Below the pieces are notes generated by a model, which was not told the origin of the DNA, made no database searches, and was given only the letters and a program-made list of their open reading frames with translations. 64,000 bases of DNA from Octopus vulgaris (lineage: Eukaryota), in assembly GCA_951406725.2 (NCBI GenBank), contig OX597823.1:106516001-106580000 (forward strand), read 5' to 3'. The translations under genes were made by a program, and so were the position numbers. This document shows positions 53,937 through 64,000 of this stretch, in pieces; the first letter of the stretch is position 1, and each line of letters opens with the position of its first letter.

Positions 53937-54333
53937 ATTCTTTTATTCTTTCACTTGTTTCAGTCATTTAACTGCGGCCATGCTGGAGCACTACATTTTA
54001 GCTCAAATAAACGACCCCAAGACTTATTCTTTGTAAGCATACTACTTATTCTATCGGTTTCTGTTGCCGAACCGCTAAGCTACAGGGACGTAAACACACC
54101 AACACCGGTTGTCAAGCGATGGTGAGAGGACAAACACAGACACACAAATGCATACATACATTCATACATACAACCGGCTTCTTTCAGTTTCTGTCTACCA
54201 AATCCATTCACAAGGCTTTGGTCGGCCCCAGGCCATAGTAGAAGACACTCACCCAAGGTGCCATGCAGTGGGGCTTAACCCGGAACCATGTGGTTGGTCA
54301 GCAAGCTTCTTAACACACAGCCACACCTGCGCC

Positions 54334-54334
<1 letters not shown>
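53937..54334 (-). mobile_element. SINE family A
   Basis: Full-length match. Confidence 0.9.
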
Positions 54335-54396
<62 letters not shown>

Positions 54397-54434
54397 GTTA
54401 TTTATTTTGGGGGTCTTTTTTTGTAAATTCTGAT

Positions 54435-54510
<76 letters not shown>

Positions 54511-55142
54511 AACCAGTTAGTTTTATTGAAAAATAGTTACCCTTTTGTTAGACTATTGCAGAAATCCTATTTGTAAACCGGGTAAGAAGAAAATCACTTG
54601 GTCTCGTTTACTTGATATGTGAATGTACCTCATTTACGTATACTCCAGGTGTAGTCATTAGTCTCAAGCGTGTTTGATACGAAGAGCCTCTGTTGTCCCG
54701 TAGCACTACGTATAGATATCGTGTTTAGTTACGAACCATCGTCCAAAACTGTACCATTCATAACATTTTCTTCCTTGACCTCCTTATAGCATTCATTGAG
54801 TCTCTCAAGTGACATCAGACGTTAAAATGATAGCAAACCTCACTGTTTATTTGTAAGGTTTATTATTTCCTATTAAAATCACTTTCTTTATACTTCACCC
54901 GTTTTATATATATGTATGCATATGTATGTATGATGTATGTATGTATGTATGTATGTATGTATGTATGTATGTATGTATGTATGTATGTATGTATGTATGT
55001 ATGTATGTGTATATGTATGTATCAATCTATCTATCTATCTATTTGTTGTGTTCTATGTTCGATCCTCACTCGCTCCCTTCTCACATGTCTCCTTTCAATT
55101 ACTCTCTCTTATCACTTTTAAGCAATACAACAGACAATTTAA

Positions 55143-55555
55143 TTCTTTATTGCCCACCAGGGGCTAAACCTAGGGGGGACAAACAAGGACAGACAAAGGG
55201 ATTAAGTCGATTATATCGACCCCAGTGCGTAACTGGTACTTATTTAATCGACCCCGAAAGGATGATAGGCAAAGTCGACCTCGGCGGAATTTGAACTCAG
55301 AACGTAGCAGCAGACGAAATACCTATTTCTTTACTACCCGCACGGGGCTAAACACAGAGGGGACAAACAAGGACAGACAAACGGATTAAGTCGATTACAT
55401 CGACCTCAGTGCGTAACTGATACTTAATTTATCGACCCCGAAAGGATGCAAGGCAAAGTCGACCTCGGTGGAATTTGAACTCAGAACGTAACGGCAGACG
55501 AAATACGGCTACACATTTCGCCCGGCGTGCTAACGTTTCTGCCAGCTCACCACTT
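55143..55555 (-). mobile_element. SINE family C dimer
   Basis: Two bodies joined at about 55323 with the same junction as 36791-37202. Confidence 0.9.
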
Positions 55556-55890
55556 AATACAACAGACAATTATCCCTCTTTCCTTCTTCCTCTCTCTCCC
55601 TCCCTCCGTATCTCTCTCTCTCTCTCTCTCTGAATATACGTTTTTTTTAAACCTCTGCTGTATAAATAAATATTTACTGTAAGATACCAAATGAGTTGAT
55701 CCTCGACTGCGTGTATATGTTTGTCTTCGTGTGTCAACTTGCAGGAGCGTATGTGTTGTGTGTGTCTGTATTTGTGTGTTTATATGCTCGTGTATGTGTG
55801 CGTGTGTGTTTGTGTTTGTGACAAAAAGCAGATATCCGGTGAGAAATACGAATGGCATTATAGCTGAACAGATATATGTGTGAGTGTGTG

Positions 55891-55922
<32 letters not shown>

Positions 55923-57801
55923 TGTATGTATGTATGTATGTATGTATGTTTGTATACATTCATACATACATAGGAGGGAGATAAATTAATGATTAAAAAA
56001 TAGAATAAAAAGTTCATAAAAGACATAAAAATCAAAATGAAATAAATTATAAGATATATTGAAAAAAGATGGACAGAATTGTTTAAAATGGAGAAATTGA
56101 CATGATAAAGCGAGATAGAAAGGAGGGAGAATTAAAAGTGTATAAAGACAGAGAGAGAGAGAGAGAGGCAGAGTGTGCTGTGAAAGATAGGGAGATGTGT
56201 TGAATGCAATGGTCGGTTAGGTAATACATAGAGAAAGACAGCTTGACTTCGCTGTCTGTGAATCGCCATCTTCTTATTCATTAGAAGACAGTTTGTGAGT
56301 CTTGTTAGACGGCTAAGTGGAAAGACCGGATGCAAGGAAGTAGATGAGCAGTTGTTCTTCCGGTTCCTTGCAATAGGAAAGTTTCCATGGTTCATTGGAG
56401 ATATAATGACGGCAGACTAGAGGACAAGACGAGAAAAGGTAGAGAGTGAGAAAAAGATAGAATGGTGGGGAGAGAGTCTGATGATGTGAAGAGGAAACAA
56501 CGACAAATCTTAAAGTTAATGATCCTCCCTCCATTTTGCTCATCTTTGCAATGAGTACCTCCGACCACGACTATCACCACAATCATCCATCACCACCATT
56601 AACAATACTGTCACCACTATCATAAACACCAGCAATTATAATACAAAAAGATCAACAATAACAAAAATAACAACCAGAATAAGGGCTGCTGTATACAGGG
56701 TCTCTGCGCAGGCGTACGATATGCAAGAAATAGTAACCAAACAGCCCTAAAATGAGAGATATTGGCTTACAAATGGAAAGTCGTATTGGATAATATGGTA
56801 TGCGTTCCCTGGAAACAAACAGGTTGGCCATGGCTGGAAGACATTTGATCATAAGCATGCTCTATCAGTATCAGAAGCCCCAGTCCTTGTTTTGGAATGG
56901 TGGCTTGGGCATCTCAGTGATTCTAACAACAAGGTCAGTAGGGTGCAAGTTCCTCTCAACCATTCAACCCCATTTTTATTACCTATATAAAAATTTCGGG
57001 AAAATATCTTTTTCCTTCCTTCAACTTCATTTCATTTCTCAAGTCTGTTGATACTCTTTCAGGATCAAGAATTGAATGAAAACCAGAAAGAAAAAGAAAA
57101 AAAAACAATAAAGGAACTGAAAAAAACTAAATACACCCCTCTCCACCAAAAACAATGATACAAATATCAAAAAATAGAGACATGAATAAAAATAATGAAT
57201 CAGAAGATATTAAAAACAAAATATAAAAAACACAGTCAAAATACGAAAACAATTTTTAAATCACTAGGTAAAGTGAAACTGAAAAAGAAAGAGAAGAAAA
57301 GGGACTTCTTCCTTTTGAGTCTAGTTTTACTTTCATTTTAACTATGAGTTTCGAGCCCTTCCGAACCCCTTACTGTGTTTTCCCACTCGAGTATGTCTTC
57401 ATTTTGTTCCCTTCTTTTGTATTCCACCATCAACTTCCTCATTTACCTTCAATCCCTCTTTCAAGTATTTCTTCTCTATTCTCTATTTTGCTCTTTAATT
57501 GTTGTGTCTTGGTGTTGTATTCTTTGGCTTCCTTCGAACCTATGTCAGTCTATTGTCTTGTTTTGTTCATGTTATTTTTTGCTAGTTTTTTTTTTGTTTG
57601 CTTTTGTCTTTTCAGGTTCTACTTTTAATTTCTATTTATCTCTGTATATATATGTGTGTGTGAGCGTGTGTGTGTGTTGTGTGTGTTCGTCTGCTTGGCT
57701 TGCTCTTTTCGTCTGTCTATATATATGTGTGTCTGTATGTGTTTACTATCTTTTCTATCAATGTAAACGTATATCTATCTATCTATATATATATATAAAT
57801 C

Positions 57802-57866
<65 letters not shown>

Positions 57867-57967
57867 ACGTATATACATATATATACACATATATATACAT
57901 ATACATATATATGTGTGTGTATGTCTGATGTGCGTGTGCGTTTGTGTGTACGTGTGTGTGTACGTGC

Positions 57968-58019
<52 letters not shown>

Positions 58020-58289
58020 GTATACATGCATCCATCTATGTATTATTGGGGTAAAAATCTGTGTGCTGAGGATGCTAGTGTATTGCGTCTTCGAATGCAG
58101 GTGGGGCTCGATGTCTCATCCGAAAGTGAAGCAGCTCTGTAGGTGTTTCTAGCCCTTCCAACATAATACCAGAGCTTCTCGGGACACCCACTGTTACATC
58201 TAGGAGATAAAACTACCACACGACCGCACGTGTTGTGTGTGTGTGAGCGCGCGTGATGGCTGTCCACTCGCTAGTCCGTTTGGCAAGTC

Positions 58290-58505
58290 ATGCTCAATCT
58301 ATGTGGAAATTCCACAAGAGACAATCTCAAAGCTCATCAGTTCAATGCCAAAAAGAGTTTCTAAATTAAAAACTGCAAAGGGAATGTCAACTAAATACTA
58401 AAGTATGAAGTCCTACCTAACAATTACATTTCAATTGTTCGCTTTGCATACTAAATAAAAGATTTTGAAAATTAAAGGTGTCTATTTACTTACTTCGGAA
58501 AGACT
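58290..58505 (+). mobile_element. Tc1-family transposase C-terminal remnant and 3' flank
   Basis: EIPQETISKLISSMPKRVSKLKTAKGMSTKY* (58306-58401) matches the SMP.R....AKG..TKY Tc1 terminus; not in the ORF track. Confidence 0.75.
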
Positions 58506-59554
58506 TTACAAAATTTCCTTAAATTCTGCATTATTGAATCCAAGTATAGTCCAACTGAAATATAACTATTGTTTAGTTTTAGATATAATTAGAACATTTT
58601 TTTACGTGAGTTCCTGAAATTTCTTCTGTAAACAACACAGCTTTAATTTCTATATTTATCGAAACGGTAATATTTATAATAATGTGTTATGCGGTTTTTC
58701 GCTCTAATCAGCAAGAATTGAAATCGACCCGATAATCTACTTCTCTTTCATGGAATAATGTTATCAAAGATTCTTAATTCTTTACATTTTGTAAGGCTGA
58801 AATTTTAGAGTTAGATGTGGAAGCTGAGATAAGCCAGAATTTGATTAGTATTCCACTTTATCTATCTTGGCGTTTCAGAACTTAAAGTACAGTAATGGCG
58901 GCATTTCAACACATAACGTAACGGGATAACTAACTGTCTCAAAACATTTTATGTGACAGCGCCCTTCAGTTTCTGCTACTTCACACACCAGCAAGCAGAA
59001 AATATAGTCACATTAAACATTTCCACAGGTACGCGTGGGGGGGGGTGTATAACAAGACACACATATGTGTGCCTATATCTATACTTGGTGGATACTCTTT
59101 ATGACAGTTTGCAAACCTATCAAGGTATCAAACTATTTAATTCTTTTGATTGGAATCAACTCAGTATCTTCATGAGTGATAGCTCCACAATCAGATCTGT
59201 TATCGTGGATAGTGCTGAAGCATGACAAGTTCAACCATGTTAACAATAATTAAGAAAATAACAAAAGTCTTCTTTTATTTTGTGAATTTGAATTTTTTAT
59301 AAATCAAGATAATTATGAAAGTGTTATGCGATAAACACTGGTGTGGCTTTGGGTTATAGAAAAAAAAAACTAAATCAGTTATGTGAAAAATTAAATGAAA
59401 TATGTCCAAATATATAAGTACTTATTACACATAGTGTATATTATATATTAGTGGCTACAATAGGTTATAGTATCCGAAATGCATTCAAATGATTAATACC
59501 AGTATCGTAAAAAGAAAATATATATTTGTTTTAATTCCATAACTTCTTGATAAA

Positions 59555-60080
59555 TAGTCATTATCATCCGATATGACTTGCCCGGACCAATGCAACTCTT
59601 CCGCGCCAGTTATCCCGATCGAGCGATGCGGCATGAATGACTTGGCTTGGAGTTTAGTCACATTGGTCTTTCGCTACTTGAAGTATGTCATCTGCGCACG
59701 CCACGACTAAAGACGATAGCTCTAGTTCGTTAATTGAACTGGTTGATCCAGGCCGTTGACAGTTTTTTCCGTTCATCTGTTCAGTATGTAGTGATATTCG
59801 CCACTGATTCGGTAAGATTGATTTGCAGAAATAGTTAACATTCACCATGTTGCATTCCATGATTTCAACCTACCCTGGCTCGAGTGGTCACATGCTATTT
59901 AACCTGCAGCTGAGACCCTGACAGCTACAGTTACTCCAAACCAAAAAAGACCTGGGGACAATATTGACTAAGAGGTGATCTTAGATTCCTCAAAACCGAA
60001 GAACTCCACCCCACTACCGCATGCAGTTTAAAGTCAAAACCAGAATATTCTTCATGAACACGAGACCAAATGTTGTTTCT
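59555..60080 (-). pseudogene. Degenerate RTE-like LINE remnant
   Basis: VACADDI and LDRDNWRGRV motifs followed by a GATGATAATGA tail; heavily decayed. Confidence 0.4.
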
Positions 60081-60847
60081 GGTGGTGTAACGGAATAAAG
60101 CTCGATTCATTTCTTGGTTACTTTTGGTATTTACTTTCGATATGTTTCTGCCTGTTTTAATATCTTAACAAAGTTATGATTTTAATATCTTAAGGTTATA
60201 CATATATGCTAATATATTTACAAAATGTCAACTCAAAATCGTAACAATCAGCTGAGGATGGAGTCTTCAATAATAATCCCCAAAACCTATTAAAAGGTAC
60301 AAAATATTTTGAAAGCAATTATGCGAATCAGTCATACAACGAAGAAATAATAGTTTTCTGTGGTAACGGGGAAATAGTTGAAACGTTTATAGATAAGGAA
60401 AATATTTTTTCCAAGTTGTGAGCCGTGACGACAGTATTTCTACTACGGGAGGTGTCTAGAATGAGTTTTAGTTGAGAATATACGCAAATAACTAGTTTTC
60501 AAATACAGAAGCTGCGGTAAGTATAATTAGAGGAGATCAGGAAATGTGCATTACCTAATGTTGCATTCTGGGGTCAGCACGTGAGATCACCAAGCATTGC
60601 GAATCGGTTTGTAAAGTAACCTCGAGAGATATGCTAAAGTGCCTTACGTCAGAGAAGGTGTAAAGTTAAAAAATTTCTTAATAATTTTAGTTGGCTGGAG
60701 CTCTTTCTCTATCCCCTTTTGATGAATTTAATGAAACCTTTTTATATGGAAATAGGACAGGTCTTCCGTGAGTAGACAAAACTGCTTGTGGATGACGTTA
60801 GCTTTTCGACGAAAGATGAAGGAGAAATGTTATAGAAGCAGTAATTA

Positions 60848-61062
60848 GATCGCTAGCGCGCCGAGCGAAATGCCTAACTGTATTTCGTCTGTCTTTATAT
60901 TCTGAGTTCAAATTCAGCCGAGGTCGACTTTACCTTTCATCCTTTCGGGATCGATAAATTAAGTACCAGTTACGCACTGGGGTCGATGTAATTGACTTAA
61001 TCCCTTTGTCTGTCCTTGTTTGTCCCCTCTATGTTTAGCCCCTTGTGGACAATAAAGAAATA
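60848..61062 (+). mobile_element. SINE family C
   Basis: Body and AATAAAGAAATA tail match. Confidence 0.9.
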
Positions 61063-62333
61063 AGTAAGTAGATCGTTAATATACAGAAGGAAAAACGTGA
61101 AAGATATAACGAAAGTCGTAATCGAACTTTGAGGTAACTGATGTTAATAGAATGCGTGTTAGTGAGAGTATTGCCACTCCACACAACAGAAGCCGTTAGT
61201 GTAAGAAGTGCACTGGTTACTGATATTACGAGTAGTAATATTTCTTTCACTGAAGTTCTCAAGAGTAAGGAGATCACTAGTAATATACTAAAAGTAAGTC
61301 TTCGGTATATCTGGCTCTGCGAAAACTAGACTGACGGTCACTGATAAGCAATTGAGGCTCAATAGGGGATTAGGTTATTACAGTTGGCCGTTTACGTTTA
61401 ATCTGTTAAAATTAAGAGGAATATGATAATAGTTGAAAGAAGCATTTAGGATTTTTTTTTCTCTCACTGAGTAGGGAAACATCGACATGTGTTTTCAGAA
61501 ATTGGGATAGGTCCCCGTAGAGAAAGAAAAATTGAAAATTTTGGTGCGTAGGAGAGCTAAACTTTGGAGAGTAGAAAAAGGAAAGGACGCCATCAACCGG
61601 CATTAGTGATATTGTTAGGTAGAAGTAATCGGAGAAGCCTATGCATCTGGAAACAGCGAATACCTGGTAGTGAGTGTGGCGAATGGAAGCAGGAATTTTG
61701 AGTGGGGAATTTTCTTGAGTGTGTGGAGTATAGAAGTGGTTGAATGGTCATAAATTGGACTAAAGTAGTGTTAATGAGCGAAGTATAAAGATTGTCATGG
61801 AGCATGTAACAGTTTTGTTATTGTTTCTGTTGTTGTTTTCCTAATCAGGATGCAGGTGAGGGAGGGGGGTTGATGCTGAATGTAGTGGGTTGTTAATAGA
61901 TCTGGTGGTGGTGGTGGTGGTGGTAATAACGTCGGGGGTGATGGTTGTAGTGGAGGTAGTTGCGGTGTTGTAGAGATGTTTTTATGGTTATACACATAGT
62001 ATTGGTGACATTAATGGTGATAGTGTGATGGAGCTTGTATGATGGGTGTTGTGCTGAAGGTGGTGGTGCTTGTGTTTGTGGTGGTGGTAGTAGTAGTGAT
62101 GACAATAATGATTGTGGTGTTGGTGTTGTCATTATTGTCGGCAATGCTGTAGTTGTTGTTGTTGGTAGTGGTGGTAGTGGTGGTGGTGGTGGCGATAGAG
62201 TTGGAAGTGATGGAGATGACAGTGATGCTGGAGGAGGTGGTGTTGGTTTTAATGGAAGCGGTGTTGTTGATGGTGAGGGAGGTGGTGATGGTGGCAGGGA
62301 TGATGTCGGTCAAAAATGATAATGATAATGTTG

Positions 62334-62631
<298 letters not shown>

Positions 62632-63200
62632 CGCCGCCGACGACGACGATGATGGTGATGATCACAATAATGATTGCTATGGTAGTGTGGTGGTGGTGGT
62701 GGTGGGGATACATTTTATGAAGTATATGATTGCAATGGCGGTGGTGATGTAGATGGCGGTGGCGTTGACAGTGGTGGTAGCCGTGGTGCTTCTGATGCCG
62801 ATCGTAGTGGTGGTTGTGGTAATAGTGGTGTTGATTCTGATTGCTGTGGTTGTGGTGTTGGTGGTGGTGGTGATCAGGTGGGGTTGTAGCGAAGTGTGGG
62901 GATATGGGTGATAGAGTAGGTGGTGGTAGGGGTGATGGTAATTGTGTATGTTAACAAAGACACAAAGTGGAATTAGAATCGACTTACAGGACACTAGAAC
63001 GCTACAACCCCACCTCTTCCTCCTCCCCACCACACACACACACACATACATCCCGAACATATACTCCACGCTGGAGGTCACTTCCGTGTCACTGATTATC
63101 CAAATCACTCCAAGACGGTAGAACAGATTCACGAGAGATGCTTATTGGAGTGTTGGTGAGAGATCTTGGGATGCGGTTAGAAGGATAATAGAGAAAAGCC

Positions 63201-63242
<42 letters not shown>

Positions 63243-63471
63243 GGAGAAAGAAAGATGAGAAGGAGGGGGGAGATAGAAATTGAAGAGAAGGAGATGTGGG
63301 GGTGATGCAAATAGATGGATTGATTAAAATAAGGAAGAAGTGAGTGTATAAACAATGAGGGTTCGAAAACAACTGTAGAAAGTAATGAGATGGATGTATG
63401 TCTGTATGTATGGATCTATGCGTGGATGTATGTAGGTATATATACATGTATAAACTGTATATATATATATG

Positions 63472-63537
<66 letters not shown>

Positions 63538-63572
63538 CATATATATATACATACATATATATATATACATAT

Positions 63573-63607
<35 letters not shown>

Positions 63608-63644
63608 CACGCGCAGAATGAAGGGGAGTGAGGATGAGAGAGGA

Positions 63645-63718
<74 letters not shown>

Positions 63719-64000
63719 CGATAAAGCGAGAGAAGAGGGAAGAAGAGAAAAGCAGTCAAAGAAAGGAGGAAGGTAAAGGAAGAGGGGAGCGAGACAGGTG
63801 GTGAGAAGGAAAGAAAGGGAGAAAGAGAGAGAAAGAGAGAGAGAGTCAATTTATGTGTGTGTTTGTGTGTATGTATATATGTGTGTGTATGTGTGTGTGT
63901 ATATATATGTGTATGTGTTCGCATCTATAGGTAATAAGTTTCAGCTTCTCTATATGTTTGCATAGAGAATTCGGGTGCCAGCATTGCAGTTGTGGTGAAG

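Noticed and set aside
58063-58140. CTGAGGA...CCGAAAG hammerhead candidate
   Set aside because: Stem I, stem III and the cleavage triplet cannot be formed.

Overview
This is an AT-rich eukaryotic intergenic or intronic window, saturated with microsatellites and transposon debris. The repeat inventory suggests a coleoid cephalopod such as Octopus; that assignment is my inference from recalled repeat families, not a search result. No host protein-coding gene can be supported, and almost all ORFs in the track are translations of (TA)n, (TG)n, (TAGA)n, (TACA)n or triplet tracts. Recognisable coding remnants are all mobile elements: a Penelope-like RT/GIY-YIG fragment; a 3.5-kb CR1-clade LINE (ORF1 tail with a CCCH finger, APE endonuclease, RT) plus a second truncated copy; a second CR1 family; several RTE fragments; an R4/Dong-like 3' end inside (TAA)n; a Tx1/L1-like ORF1-only element; a Tc1 transposase tail; a TA-flanked MITE; and a Helitron-like element. 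There are about 25 copies of three tRNA-derived SINE families, here labelled A, B and C. The most interesting signal is RNA structure. Several short non-coding, (TA)n-embedded elements carry hammerhead ribozyme cores. Two families carry the hammerhead strands in a non-circularly permuted order (NUH-stem I, then GAAA, then CUGAnGA). That order is supported by compensatory base changes between copies (29589-29648 vs 39989-40049), and one copy (4363-4493) begins at the predicted self-cleavage site. A covarying 3' stem-loop is also shared by SINE-A, the CR1 LINE and a tiny tail-only insert.
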